From: Myxococcota bacterium
GTDB lineage: Bacteria > Myxococcota_A > SURF-8
Reading direction: 5' to 3'
Length of the DNA stretch: 64,000 bases
Assembly (NCBI GenBank): GCA_963674735.2
Contig: CAXXQS010000002.1
Span: 2,080,001 to 2,144,000, forward strand
Below, piece after piece: positions 27,694 to 37,892 of the stretch. The notes beneath the pieces are model-generated. The model was not told the DNA's origin. It did no database searches and worked only from the letters and a program-made list of their open reading frames with translations. The number at the start of each line of letters is the position of its first letter. The stretch's first letter is position 1. The translations under genes and the position numbers were made by a program.

Positions 27694-28188
27694 ATGACAC
27701 GGCAGATGCAACGCACGTTTTGGGGTTTTTGGGTCGTGATCGCGATTTTAGGGATGAGCTCTCTGGTTTTCGCGCAAATGAAAACGCCCAGCCCGCTCGA
27801 TAAGTCGGATAGCACGGACGAAGAAGGCTATGAAGACGAAGAAGAAGACGCCGGTGGAATTCACTACGAGGAAAAAGTGGTAACCGAGCTGGACCGCTCT
27901 ACCATCCAGAGCGTCATTAAAAAACGAAACACCAGTATCCTGTATTGCTACGAAAAAGAACTTCAGACCAATCAGGATTTGCGCGGTCGCGTCGTGATCA
28001 ACTTCACCATTCAACTTGACGGCAAGGTAAAGGGTGTCAAAGTGGTGTCCGACAAAACGACGTTGAAAGACAAGAAAGTATCGGACTGCGTACTCGATAT
28101 CATGAAATCGCTGGCCTTTCCGTCGCGCAAAGCCGGGGAGCCGATCGAGATCAATTATCCGTTCAAGTTCGAGCCGAAAGCCAAGTAA
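27694..28188 (+). CDS. AgmX/PglI C-terminal (TonB-C-like) domain exported protein
   Basis: Signal peptide; IQSVIKK...ILYCYEKEL...LRGRVVINFTI...GKV...CV...FP...INYPFKF. Confidence 0.8.
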   Translation: MTRQMQRTFWGFWVVIAILGMSSLVFAQMKTPSPLDKSDSTDEEGYEDEEEDAGGIHYEEKVVTELDRSTIQSVIKKRNTSILYCYEKELQTNQDLRGRVVINFTIQLDGKVKGVKVVSDKTTLKDKKVSDCVLDIMKSLAFPSRKAGEPIEINYPFKFEPKAK

Positions 28189-28210
28189 AGTTAGAGTCTT
28201 CCGATTGTTT

Positions 28211-28240
28211 GCGCCGCGTTCTGCGCGGCGTTTTTCCTTT
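28211..28240 (+). terminator. Intrinsic terminator/attenuator
   Basis: GCGCCGCG-TTCTG-CGCGGCGT followed by TTTT. Confidence 0.55.
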
Positions 28241-28260
28241 TTCAACTCGGGCAGGAAAAC

Positions 28261-28740
28261 ATGCTGCGTGACAGGTCCGCCGTGTGGAGGGGAATTTTCG
28301 CAGTGGTATGGGTGTGTGTGGGAATCGCCGCTTGCGACGATCCTCCCGCGCGTCCGGCCGTTCCGACCCCCTTGCCGTCGCAGGTTGCACCGGAAACACC
28401 GGCCACAGCCGGTTGGCTCGACTTCGATCCGACCAAGTTGAGGAGCGCCGGAGGCATGGATCCGGCCGTTTTCACGCGTGTCATGCAGAAACGCCGCTCG
28501 TCTTTCAAAGTGTGTTATCGCAAAGCGCTGGCCGATAATCCGCAGGCGCAGGGCGACTTGACGCTGCGTTTTACCGTGTCGCCCACCGGCCGGGTCGCCC
28601 AGGTCGAACGGGTGGGGTTGGGGATCGAGCATGCGGCCATGGAAAGTTGCGTGCTACGGGTCGTCCGACGCATCCAGTTCCCGCCGCTCGATGGCAAGAC
28701 TCGTGTAACATTTGAATATCCCTTGCAATTTTATCCATAG
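28261..28740 (+). CDS. AgmX/PglI C-terminal domain lipoprotein
   Basis: IAAC lipobox; FKVCYRKAL..NP..QGDLTLRFTV...GRV...CV...IQFP...EYPLQF. Confidence 0.8.
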   Translation: MLRDRSAVWRGIFAVVWVCVGIAACDDPPARPAVPTPLPSQVAPETPATAGWLDFDPTKLRSAGGMDPAVFTRVMQKRRSSFKVCYRKALADNPQAQGDLTLRFTVSPTGRVAQVERVGLGIEHAAMESCVLRVVRRIQFPPLDGKTRVTFEYPLQFYP

Positions 28741-28749
28741 GAATTGTCG

Positions 28750-30156
28750 ATGGCCCGCGCCGCATGGATTGCCATTTGGATGTGTTGGCTGTGCGCCACG
28801 GCCTTAGCTGCGCCGCGAGAACGGCTCTATGTGTTTCCCGTCGCGGCAAAGACCGATCTTTTGCCCGAAACGGAACGCGGTTATGCCGATGAGATCCTGC
28901 AAGAGGAAATGGCCGCCTTGTTTTGGCTGGAGGTGTGGACTCCGCCGACGCTGGCCGATCATCTGGGGGCTGCGGCGGCGAAAAAAGTGCTGGCCTGTCA
29001 AACACCGGCCTGCGCGCTGCCCCTGCTCAAACGCCACGGCGTGACACGGGCGGTCGTCTTGCGGGTGGAGCGTCCCCGGCGGCGTGTCTTTGCCATTCGC
29101 GCGGCGATTCTATCCGCCACGGGCCGGACCCTGACCCAGGTCGAACGGGAAGAGCGCGGCGGGGCGGGGGAAGTCAAGTATGCCATGCCCGGCTTGATCG
29201 AGCGTTTGTTTGCCGAAGAAATCGCCGCCAACAGCCGCTTTGTCACCGCTGTGGTGGAAACCACCGACATCAGCGCCGGGGCTGCCGACGATCTGCTGGC
29301 CGAGGCTGGCGCGATGAGCGCCCAGGGCAATCCAGACGAGGCCCGCAAGCTTTACCGACGCGCCGCCGAACGGGATTCGGCTCTGGCGGCTCCCTGGTTA
29401 CGACTGGCGGAACTGTCCTTGGCGGACGGCGCGCACAAACAGGCTCTGAACGAAGCTCGTCAGGCCGTCAAGCGAGACGATCGTGACGCGCGCATCTTCG
29501 TGGTGCTGGGGCAGGCGTTTCAGGGAGTCGGACAAACGCGCGAGGCCGAGAAGCGCTACAAGCAAGCCCTCAAGCTGGATGCGCGCAACCTGGAGAGTCA
29601 TTTGCATCTGGCGCGGCTGTATGCGGAGGCCGGTAAGAACGACCCGGCGCGGACCCACTTCGAACGGGCGCGCGAACTGGCTCCCGACTCGGCCGAGCTG
29701 CTGGTCAATCTGGGTTTGGCCTATCGTGCTCTCAATCGCAACGACGATGCCCTCGAAGCGCTTCAGGCGGCCATCGAACGCGATCCCAAACTGGCGGCGG
29801 CCTATCCGCCCCTGGCCGATATCGCCGAGGAAAACAAAGACTTCGCTCTGGCTTCCGACAGTTACGCCGCGTTGACCGAATTGCTACCCGATTGCGCTCC
29901 TTGTTACTACAATCATGGGCGCGTTCTGGAGCAACTCGACGATGGCGAAGCCGCGGCCGGCGCTTATCGGCGTACTATTGAACTTGACGAGACCTTCCAA
30001 GATGCGTATTACAATCTGGGAGTGTTGCTCTTTCGCGCGGACGAACGGTCCGAGGCGAAGCGCTGGTTGAGTGCCTATGTCGAGCGTGAGGACCGTCCCG
30101 ATCAGGCGGCGTTTGTCAAAGAGGCGCGGCGGCTACTGCGCGCAGCGGCGCACTGA
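28750..30156 (+). CDS. Exported tetratricopeptide repeat protein
   Basis: Signal peptide and several TPR motifs (LGQAF..G...EA...YKQAL.LD; LVNLG; AYYNLG). Confidence 0.85.
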   Translation: MARAAWIAIWMCWLCATALAAPRERLYVFPVAAKTDLLPETERGYADEILQEEMAALFWLEVWTPPTLADHLGAAAAKKVLACQTPACALPLLKRHGVTRAVVLRVERPRRRVFAIRAAILSATGRTLTQVEREERGGAGEVKYAMPGLIERLFAEEIAANSRFVTAVVETTDISAGAADDLLAEAGAMSAQGNPDEARKLYRRAAERDSALAAPWLRLAELSLADGAHKQALNEARQAVKRDDRDARIFVVLGQAFQGVGQTREAEKRYKQALKLDARNLESHLHLARLYAEAGKNDPARTHFERARELAPDSAELLVNLGLAYRALNRNDDALEALQAAIERDPKLAAAYPPLADIAEENKDFALASDSYAALTELLPDCAPCYYNHGRVLEQLDDGEAAAGAYRRTIELDETFQDAYYNLGVLLFRADERSEAKRWLSAYVEREDRPDQAAFVKEARRLLRAAAH

Positions 30157-30213
30157 AGCGGGTTCCAGCGGAAAATTGGATTGAAAATCGGTATGACTGA
30201 CAGGAGCTTCAGA

Positions 30214-30705
30214 ATGAAAACGTGGTGCATCGGAGTGGCGGCAATGATGGGGTGTTTGGTGGTTCTGGCGGCGTGTAGCAGCGAGCCGGATTATAGCGCC
30301 GAATACAAGTGGCTGGCGGAACGCACCGACCAGTTTCTCAACCTCTACAGCGTTGCCTACAACAAAGTCAACACGCTGCAGGGCGGCGTGCACCCCTGTA
30401 CCAAAGGGCACAAGGCCGAGCAGGCGGCGTTGTTTCATGCCGTCTTGAACAGCCTGCATGCGTCCTTTGCGAGTTTCCAATCCGATGTGAACACAAAACT
30501 CGGTAAAATGGCCGAAACCGATAGCCGGATCAAAACCCTCCTTTCCACGGTGGACCGGTTGGCCACTCCCTTCATCCGAGCGAGCGACCTGACCCAATGC
30601 GGCAAGTTGGACAAAGCCGGAGCCAAGGCGCGTTTCTACCTGCAAAGTCCGCTGGAAACCCAGGCGGCGGTCAAGCGTTTCCGGGAGAGCATCGACGGCG
30701 ACTAA
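30214..30705 (+). CDS. Hypothetical lipoprotein
   Basis: RBS AGGAG, MKTW...LAAC lipobox. Confidence 0.7.
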   Translation: MKTWCIGVAAMMGCLVVLAACSSEPDYSAEYKWLAERTDQFLNLYSVAYNKVNTLQGGVHPCTKGHKAEQAALFHAVLNSLHASFASFQSDVNTKLGKMAETDSRIKTLLSTVDRLATPFIRASDLTQCGKLDKAGAKARFYLQSPLETQAAVKRFRESIDGD

Positions 30706-30738
30706 AGCCGACGCCTCGCGCGGCAGTAAGGAATTCCC

Positions 30739-31227
30739 ATGGCGGTGACCCGACTCTTTGCCTACGGTCTGCTTCTCAAAGGCATGCGCTATCACGACAG
30801 TCATCTGGCCGGTCAATACGGCTGGGTGACCGGCGGCAGCGCCGAGGGACGGCTGATGTATCTGCCGGAACCGGATTGTCCCGTTATGTGTGCCGGTGAA
30901 GGGAACGTGCAGGGCGAGTTGTACGACATCGAGGACAAGCTGCTGACGGTTTTGGACGGCTTGTTTGGCTACCGCGACGGCCAGCCGGAGCGCAGCGACT
31001 ACGTTCGACGACGGATCGTTGTTACTACCGCCGCCGGCGAAGCGGTCGAGGCTTGGGTGTATGTCGTGCGCTGTGAAGTGGTGCGCACACGCTTTCCCGA
31101 TGCCCGCTTCATCGAAGAGGGTGACTGGCGTGCCGTGGCCGACGAAATCGATCAAAAACGGCGCGACACGCAACGCAAGCGGAATGCGGACGGGAAAAGT
31201 CCCAACTGGATCGAGGATGAGGAGTAG
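30739..31227 (+). CDS. Gamma-glutamylcyclotransferase (AIG2-like) family protein
   Basis: LFAYGLL, VQGELY, LD, YVRR, AWVY, IEEGDW. Confidence 0.8.
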   Translation: MAVTRLFAYGLLLKGMRYHDSHLAGQYGWVTGGSAEGRLMYLPEPDCPVMCAGEGNVQGELYDIEDKLLTVLDGLFGYRDGQPERSDYVRRRIVVTTAAGEAVEAWVYVVRCEVVRTRFPDARFIEEGDWRAVADEIDQKRRDTQRKRNADGKSPNWIEDEE

Positions 31228-31294
31228 TCGGAAACCGCTGTTCTTCTTGTCATCGTGGATAAATGACATGGGGCCGGGAGCGTCCCGAAATCTA

Positions 31295-32248
31295 TCACGC
31301 CTTTTCGCGTCGTGCCCGACGCAATAGAAGCGCCATCCAGATACCCGCCCCGATAACCACCAACAGCGAGATCAACTGCGAGGTGCTGAAACCGCTGGTC
31401 TCGACATAGGGCGTGCCGTCCAGCAGGAAGGTATGACGCCACTCGATCAGCAGCCCGCGCGCCACATCGCCGCGAAACGCCTCCACCACCGAACGTAAGA
31501 TGGGGTAAAGCATCAGGAAACCGAGGGCGATCTGTCCGTGAAAGCGCCGGAAACGCCGCATGCAAAGCAGGATGAGGAAGATGGAAAACTCCCCCGCCGA
31601 CTCGTACAGCTGGGTGGGGTGCAGGGGCGGGGTGCCGATCTGCATCGCCTTCCCGATGGTCGAAAGGGCGGTCTCCTGCATGTAGGGCAGGCTGTTGGCG
31701 GGGAACACGATCCCCAAGGGCGAGTCGGTATAGCGTCCGTAACAGCAACCCGCGCAGAAGCAGCCCAGGCGTCCGACGGCGTGGCCCAGGGGGACGACCG
31801 TCAGGGCGATATCGGCGATCTGCGGGAAAGACAAGCCTTTGCGTTTGACAAACAGCCACCCGGCTCCCAGTGCGCCCAATAAGCCGCCGTACCACACCAG
31901 TCCGCCCTCCCAGAAACGGAAAATCGCCCAGCATTCCGGGGCGTTGAGCGGCAGATTGTGGTTGAGCGGATTGGGTAGTTCGGGGTGGAAACAGGCGTCG
32001 ATATAGTTGCCCGTATTCACGGCCATAAACAAGATTCGCGCGCCCACCAGTCCGGCGAGCAGCGACCAGAAAGCCAGATCGAGGATCAAACCCGGATCGA
32101 TTTTTTCTTTATGAGCCAGCCAGGCCGCCAGCGCGGTACCGAGGGTGAAACCCAGCGCGACCAGTACGCCGTAGCTATGGACTTCGATGGGACCGAATTG
32201 AAAGCCGAAAAGAGTGAAATCGCCGATCCGCAGCAGGATGGGGTGCAT
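31295..32248 (-). CDS. lgt: Prolipoprotein diacylglyceryl transferase
   Basis: MHPIL, SYG, GARI, WEGGLVWYGG, GRLGCF..GCCYG, HPTQLYE, EAFRGD, STSQ. Confidence 0.92.
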   Translation of the reverse strand: MHPILLRIGDFTLFGFQFGPIEVHSYGVLVALGFTLGTALAAWLAHKEKIDPGLILDLAFWSLLAGLVGARILFMAVNTGNYIDACFHPELPNPLNHNLPLNAPECWAIFRFWEGGLVWYGGLLGALGAGWLFVKRKGLSFPQIADIALTVVPLGHAVGRLGCFCAGCCYGRYTDSPLGIVFPANSLPYMQETALSTIGKAMQIGTPPLHPTQLYESAGEFSIFLILLCMRRFRRFHGQIALGFLMLYPILRSVVEAFRGDVARGLLIEWRHTFLLDGTPYVETSGFSTSQLISLLVVIGAGIWMALLLRRARREKA

Positions 32249-32250
32249 GG

Positions 32251-32802
32251 TCAGCCCGCCGGAGTGTCGTTGGGAGGCGTGTCAAGCGCCTTGGCTTTGG
32301 AGGTTTCTTCACGGCGAAAGAGCGACAGCTCGCCGGTTCCGAACAGCATTTCGAACAGCATCAGCGCTACGCCGACCGAGATGAAGACGTCGGCCACGTT
32401 GAAGGTGGGCCAGTGATGGGTGTAGTAATGCCAGTCGATGAAGTCGATCACCGAGGTGTAGGCGATGCGGTCGATGAAATTTCCGATGGCTCCGCCCAGG
32501 ATGCACGACAGTGCGATGATCAGCCCGATCTGCCTGTCTTCGACGCGGCGCAGAAAATAGAAGATGAACGCCACCGCCACGCAGGAAATCATCAGGAAAA
32601 ACGGCACCCGAACGCCGTCGGGCAGATTGGAAAACATGCCCCAGGCGGCCCCGCGATTTTCGACGTAGACGAAATGAAAGAAGTTGTCGATCACGGTGAT
32701 GGCCGGGCGTCCCCGAAGGCCTTTTGCCCACCATTTCGTGAGTTGATCGAGAATGACGGCAACGACACTGATGATGATCAGAATTTTGTATTTTCGCTTC
32801 AC
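32251..32802 (-). CDS. lspA: Lipoprotein signal peptidase II
   Basis: LDQLTK, NRGAAWG, GAIGNFIDR, VIDFI, WPTFNVAD. Confidence 0.95.
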   Translation of the reverse strand: MKRKYKILIIISVVAVILDQLTKWWAKGLRGRPAITVIDNFFHFVYVENRGAAWGMFSNLPDGVRVPFFLMISCVAVAFIFYFLRRVEDRQIGLIIALSCILGGAIGNFIDRIAYTSVIDFIDWHYYTHHWPTFNVADVFISVGVALMLFEMLFGTGELSLFRREETSKAKALDTPPNDTPAG

Positions 32803-33081
32803 GCTGCTTTTCCTTGATCGGCCTGGGGTCGATAGGCTGTCCTGTGCGTAGCCAAACGACTGGAATTGTTGAAGATAAAACGTTTCATGGTCCTTGCGAG
32901 AACCGGCTTATGCTAGCAGATGGGACTCGCCTGTCAAGCAATTTCGCTGCTTGACTTATCCGGTTTAACCGGCATGAGCGCCGAAATCTTCCAGAAATGT
33001 TTTGACGGGGGCTTTTCCCAATGCCAACATAGGGGCAAGATCCATGGAAGAAACGGGCCATACGGCCGGTTGGTGGGGAAT

Positions 33082-34086
33082 ATGGAAGCCGCGATTTACG
33101 TACAGAATCTGACCAAGGTTTACCGCGTCGGGCGGCATCGCGAAGGCGTGTGGGGCGGTCTGCTCGATCTGGTGGCGCGTCGCTCCCAGCCGGTCAAGGC
33201 GGTGGACAACCTCAGCTTCTCCATCGAGCCGGGTGAAACCGTGGGCCTGATCGGACCCAACGGCGCGGGCAAGTCCACCACCATCAAGATGTTGACCGGT
33301 ATTCTCAAGCCCACGACGGGCGAGGTGCAGGTGCTGGGCGTGACGCCCTCCAAGGAACGCAACCGCCACGCGATGCAGATCGGGGTGGTGTTTGGTCAGC
33401 GTACCCAACTCTGGTGGGATCTGGCGGTGATCGAAGCCTTTCGGCTGCTGGGCAAGATCTATCGGGTTCCCCCCGCCGATTTCGAGGCGCGGCTGGCGCA
33501 TTTCAACCGCATCCTCGAATTGGAAGATCTGCTGCACCGGCAGGTGCGCAAGCTGTCGTTGGGGCAACGAGTGCGCTGCGACCTGGCTGCCTCGCTTCTG
33601 CACAACCCGCCCGTGCTGTTTCTGGACGAACCCACCATCGGTATGGATGTGGCCGTCAAAGCGCGTATGCGCACGTTTATCAAGGAGATTCGCAAGAACT
33701 ACGGCACCACCATCATTCTCACCACCCACGATACCGCCGATATCGAGGAGTTGAGCGAGCGCTTGATGATGATCGACAAGGGGATGATCCTGTTTGACGG
33801 CAGTCTGGCCCGCTTCAAAGAAAGCTATGGCCGCACCCGCACGCTGTACATCGATTTCACCGCTGAAGTCGAACTGGAGAGCCTGCGGGCGCTGATTGTC
33901 GACTCCGATGTCAAGCTTTTGCGACCCATGCCCAAGCGGGTGGAGATCGTGTTCGATCGCAACGCCTATACGGCCCAGGATCTGATCGGCAAAATCGGAG
34001 CGCAGTTCCCTATCGGTGATTTCTCCACCGCCGAAACGGCCGTCGAAACCATCGTCCGCGACATCTACGAAGGCTTCTACGCATGA
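33082..34086 (+). CDS. ABC exporter ATP-binding protein
   Basis: GPNGAGKST, VFGQRTQLWWDL, LSLGQ, FLDEPTIG, LTTHD. Confidence 0.9.
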   Translation: MEAAIYVQNLTKVYRVGRHREGVWGGLLDLVARRSQPVKAVDNLSFSIEPGETVGLIGPNGAGKSTTIKMLTGILKPTTGEVQVLGVTPSKERNRHAMQIGVVFGQRTQLWWDLAVIEAFRLLGKIYRVPPADFEARLAHFNRILELEDLLHRQVRKLSLGQRVRCDLAASLLHNPPVLFLDEPTIGMDVAVKARMRTFIKEIRKNYGTTIILTTHDTADIEELSERLMMIDKGMILFDGSLARFKESYGRTRTLYIDFTAEVELESLRALIVDSDVKLLRPMPKRVEIVFDRNAYTAQDLIGKIGAQFPIGDFSTAETAVETIVRDIYEGFYA

Positions 34087-34886
34087 GACGCCTGGGCGCT
34101 TATCTCTATTTCCTACGTTTAGGATTCATGGAGTTGGTCGCTTATCGCATCACCGTGCTCATGCTGGCCTTGTCGGTTCCCATCGTGTTGTTCGCACGCT
34201 ATTACGTGTTGGCCGCGTTATACCAGCGTCCCGGTCAGATGGTGGAGGGCTACAGCCTGCAAGGCATTCTTACCTACCTGATCTGCGCCTGGCTTTTGCG
34301 CTCCTTCTTCCGTAGCGCCGTCGATCGGCGTATCGGGCGTGACGTGCGGTCGGGTGATATCATTTTCGATCTCATGCGCCCGCTCGATTATGCGGTGATG
34401 ACCTTCTTCCGCGCTTTGGGAAAAAGCCTCAACCGTATGTTGTTCATTTCGGTGCCGCTATTGGTGCTGTTTTTGAGCACCGACGTGCTGACTCTGCCGC
34501 GTGAAGCGGCCATGTGGCCGGTCTTTCTTTTAGCGGTGGGCATCGGCTTTCTGATCGCTTTTCAGTTTCAGTTTCTGGTCGGAATTTTCACTTTTTTCAC
34601 CGGCTACAATATCGGGTTGATCTGGACTTTCGATTTGATCGTGCAGGTTTTATCGGGTCTGCTTTTACCGCTGCATTTCTTTCCGGGCGTCATGCAGAAC
34701 TGGCTGATGGCGCTGCCGTTTCGCCATATCTACTACACGCCCACGCAGATTTTCGTCGGTCATATCGCGCCGGGCGAGGCGGTTCCCTATTTGATAAATG
34801 GGGGGCTGTGGGTGATCGGGATGGGGCTGCTCAATCTGGTCGTCTACCGCGCCGGACGGCGGCGGCTGACCATCGCAGGCGGCTGA
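34083..34886 (+). CDS. ABC-2 family permease
   Basis: Six hydrophobic segments, VRSGDI..DLMRP, SG.LLPL.FFP, LPF, C-terminal GG. Confidence 0.85.
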   Translation: MRRLGAYLYFLRLGFMELVAYRITVLMLALSVPIVLFARYYVLAALYQRPGQMVEGYSLQGILTYLICAWLLRSFFRSAVDRRIGRDVRSGDIIFDLMRPLDYAVMTFFRALGKSLNRMLFISVPLLVLFLSTDVLTLPREAAMWPVFLLAVGIGFLIAFQFQFLVGIFTFFTGYNIGLIWTFDLIVQVLSGLLLPLHFFPGVMQNWLMALPFRHIYYTPTQIFVGHIAPGEAVPYLINGGLWVIGMGLLNLVVYRAGRRRLTIAGG

Positions 34887-34925
34887 GCGTTCTCGCCCCT
34901 GTCGATGCGAGTGTGGAAGGTCGAT

Positions 34926-35180
34926 TCAGCTCGGGTCGTTGTCCTCGTCGGAAACCGGTGCGTCGGCGGGTGTTTCTTCCGGTGTGGCGACCGGGGCGAT
35001 CGGGGCCGCCGTTTCCGGACGCGGCGCGTCGGCTTTCCAAATGTAGAGGGCCAGACACGCCAAGCCGAGGCCGAATCCGGGCCAGAAGAAGGCCGTATTC
35101 ACTTTGGCGGCCAAGACACCGCCGAGAACGCCCAGCACCAGCGCGAGTGTCAGCACGATCCAACTCAGCCAACCCGGCAT
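34926..35180 (-). CDS. Small two-TM membrane protein
   Basis: RBS GGAGG; two hydrophobic segments and a Pro/acidic tail. Confidence 0.6.
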   Translation of the reverse strand: MPGWLSWIVLTLALVLGVLGGVLAAKVNTAFFWPGFGLGLACLALYIWKADAPRPETAAPIAPVATPEETPADAPVSDEDNDPS

Positions 35181-35313
35181 GTTTTCCTCCCTTGCACAAT
35201 CAAAAGCCGTTCGATCATCAAGCCCAATGTGAAAGCGGCGGCAAATTCTTTCATCGGGGATTGTTAGCATATGGCAAGCCGCGACGCAACCATGTTGTGC
35301 GTTCGGTATACAT

Positions 35314-35346
35314 AAAAAAACGAAGGGGAGCGTGGCTCCCCTTCGT
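35314..35346 (-). terminator. Intrinsic terminator
   Basis: 12-bp stem ACGAAGGGGAGC/GCTCCCCTTCGT followed by a T run on the minus strand. Confidence 0.85.
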
Positions 35347-35383
35347 CGTCATCCGACAATCAGTCGAAAGCGGTCGGGTCGAC

Positions 35384-36010
35384 TTATTCGCCGGCCAGCG
35401 CCGCAGCGGCGGCCGCCACCAGAGCGTCGGGCATGCAGACGGTCAGGTCGCCGAAAACGGCGTCGGCAGTGGCTTGGTCGAGCAGCTCATCGTCAACCCA
35501 GGTCTGCGGGTCGAAGCAGTTGATGCTGTCTTCGGGACGGCAGTCGGCGTCTTCGGCGCAGGGGGCCAAGCAGATGTTGAAATCTTCGTAGCCTTCACCC
35601 AGGAAGCCGGCGTTGACGCAGGCACCGCCGGTGGAGTCGTCGCACACGCCGCAATCCAGCGCGGAGCAGTAGCCGTTCGGCACTTCGAGGCCGTCCTGGC
35701 CCAGCAGCGCGGCCAAAACCGCGGTGGTCAGGCAGAAGCCGGTGGCGCAGTCGTCGTTGACCGCACAAGCCGCGCCGGCGAGGCCGGTCTCAGGATCGTC
35801 GCCGTCGGGATCGTCGCCGTCGGGATCGTCGCCGTCGGGATCGTCGCCGTCGGGATCGTCGCCGTCGGGATCATCGCCGTCAGGATCGTCGCCGTCGGCG
35901 TCGCCGTCAGGGTCGTCGCCATCGACGTCGTCGTCGTCACTTCCGCAACCACCGAAGGCCAACATACACGCCAGGGCCATGATCAAAAGCAATGCATACC
36001 ATTTTTTCAT
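35384..36010 (-). CDS. Cys-rich lipoprotein with DGDDP repeats
   Basis: RBS GAGGAG, MKKW...GGC lipobox, repeat linker, Cys-rich C-terminal domain. Confidence 0.85.
   Translation of the reverse strand: MKKWYALLLIMALACMLAFGGCGSDDDDVDGDDPDGDADGDDPDGDDPDGDDPDGDDPDGDDPDGDDPDGDDPETGLAGAACAVNDDCATGFCLTTAVLAALLGQDGLEVPNGYCSALDCGVCDDSTGGACVNAGFLGEGYEDFNICLAPCAEDADCRPEDSINCFDPQTWVDDELLDQATADAVFGDLTVCMPDALVAAAAAALAGE
35792..35923 (-). repeat. 15-bp tandem repeat (DGDDP x7, plus DGDA and one more DGDDP)
   Basis: (G/A)GGATCGTCGCCGTC units from 35792 to 35896. Confidence 0.9.
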
Positions 36011-36305
36011 TACGTTCTCCTCTTTCACAATTGTTGACAAGTCTACTTGTTTTTTGGCTTATCGCCGCGCTCCTCTGCCTTTTCCCCACATACAAGTATT
36101 AAAACTTTGCAAATAGTTTTCCATATTCTGCGCGTAATGGTACTCAGTCAGCCCCGTTAAGTCAAGCAAAAGCGTGAATTGGGAAACCGTTTACCTAGTT
36201 TTTTCTTTACATTAGGAGAGACTCATACTAAAAAGGAGACGCCAGAAGTTCGAATTAAAATCATTCACGGCGACAATTTGCCAGCACGGAAAAGGGGTTG
36301 TGTTC

Positions 36306-37805
36306 ATGTATCGCAAATGGTTGGTAAAGTTCATTGCGATGAGCGTGATGTGCTTGGCCGGTCCGGTCTGGGCCAACGGGGTGGAAACCCTGCCCGAGGG
36401 CATATTCGCGGTTGGCCTTAAATTCGGCTACAAATTTGCAAACGAGCGTTTCGACAAAGATTTCAGTTCCGATACCGTCTCAATTGTCGAGGATTATCGG
36501 CTTGTCGTCAAAGGTACCGATATCGACCCCTACATGTTCGCGGAGGACGATGTCGTGGGGCGGCTCGATCCCACCTATAGCAACTATGGTCTACAATTCA
36601 CCGTCACGACTGCCTTCGGGATCACCGACAATCTGGCCGTCATGATGATCCTTCCCATTCAGTACGTGCACAACGAGTTCGGGGTGGAGTTGTACGACAG
36701 CAATCTCTACATGGTGCGCAACGAACGCGGCGAGCCGTCTTTGATCGTCAACGAAGGCTTGAAGGCCGGTTTTTCCAATGCGTCCGAGAAACCGCTGAGC
36801 ACCGAGGAATTTCAAGACGCCCTCACCTGCACCGCCAATACCCAGCTTTGCCGTTTTCGCTACAAGCCGGTGCGCAACTGGTCGCGCTGGGGTTTGGGCG
36901 AGATCATTCTCGGCATGCGCTACAAATTCGCGGAGAGCGAGCACTGGCGGCAGGGCATCACCTTGTTCGGTAAAGTGCCCACCGGTCGGCAGGTGGACAC
37001 GGACGATCTGTTCGACACCAACTTCGGCGATCAGCAGGTGGATATCGGTTTCTGGTACGGCATCGATTACATGCCCATCAAAGACCTCACCTTGAATGTT
37101 AGCTTCGGCTACACGGAGCAGTTGCCGCAGGTGATCAACAAACGCATCTTCTCGACCATGACGGACGAAAATGGCAAAGAAACCGGTGTGTTGCCGTTGA
37201 CCCAATACTGGCAGAAGATGAAAGTGCACCGCGACATTGGTGGTAACTGGGATCTCTACTTCGGTGGCGCCTACAACTTCACCCACTACCTCAATTACTC
37301 CAACGAGTTTTATTTCTTCTGGAAATACCTCGATAACTATTGGGCCGCCGAAGAGATTCCGCGCGACCCCAACGGCGGTCTCTGGACCCCGGATTTCCGT
37401 GCTATGGAGTACGGAACCGACCAGAGCGCCCTGGAAATGACCAACGCCCTGTCCTTCAACACCATCGGTTTCATGCAGCGCGGCGAGTTCCCCATTCCCA
37501 TCATTTTCTCGATCGGTTATACGGTCGGCCTGGCGGGGCAGAACTTCGAGCGCAATCACAGCATCTGGACCTCCATCGATCTGGTGGGCTCAATCTACAT
37601 GTTCGAGGATATGAGTGGCGAGGCCGAGGAAGAAATGACCGAAATGCAGTTGCCCGCCCAGGTGCGCAACGAAGACGAAGCCGACCCGGACGGCTTGGTG
37701 GCGGTGGACGATGCCGAGCCGCAGGAATCGCGTAAAGCGCAGAAGATGCGTGAGGCGATGGAGTATCGCAACACCTTCGGCAAGGTCAACAAATTCGACT
37801 GGTGA
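36306..37805 (+). CDS. Putative outer-membrane beta-barrel protein (MetA-pathway-of-phenol-degradation-like)
   Basis: Signal peptide; AFGITDNL, GLGEIILGMRYKF, KVPTG, FGDQQVD; alternating aromatic/Gly strands. Confidence 0.6.
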   Translation: MYRKWLVKFIAMSVMCLAGPVWANGVETLPEGIFAVGLKFGYKFANERFDKDFSSDTVSIVEDYRLVVKGTDIDPYMFAEDDVVGRLDPTYSNYGLQFTVTTAFGITDNLAVMMILPIQYVHNEFGVELYDSNLYMVRNERGEPSLIVNEGLKAGFSNASEKPLSTEEFQDALTCTANTQLCRFRYKPVRNWSRWGLGEIILGMRYKFAESEHWRQGITLFGKVPTGRQVDTDDLFDTNFGDQQVDIGFWYGIDYMPIKDLTLNVSFGYTEQLPQVINKRIFSTMTDENGKETGVLPLTQYWQKMKVHRDIGGNWDLYFGGAYNFTHYLNYSNEFYFFWKYLDNYWAAEEIPRDPNGGLWTPDFRAMEYGTDQSALEMTNALSFNTIGFMQRGEFPIPIIFSIGYTVGLAGQNFERNHSIWTSIDLVGSIYMFEDMSGEAEEEMTEMQLPAQVRNEDEADPDGLVAVDDAEPQESRKAQKMREAMEYRNTFGKVNKFDW

Positions 37806-37824
37806 GGCGAAAACGAATCGAACG

Positions 37825-37856
37825 AACGGCGGCCTGCGGGTCGCCGTTTTTCGTTT
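37825..37856 (+). terminator. Intrinsic terminator
   Basis: AACGGCGGCC-TGCG-GGTCGCCGTT followed by TTT. Confidence 0.7.
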
Positions 37857-37892
37857 GAGGATTGACGCGGCTTGTGAAAAGCCGAGCGATAC

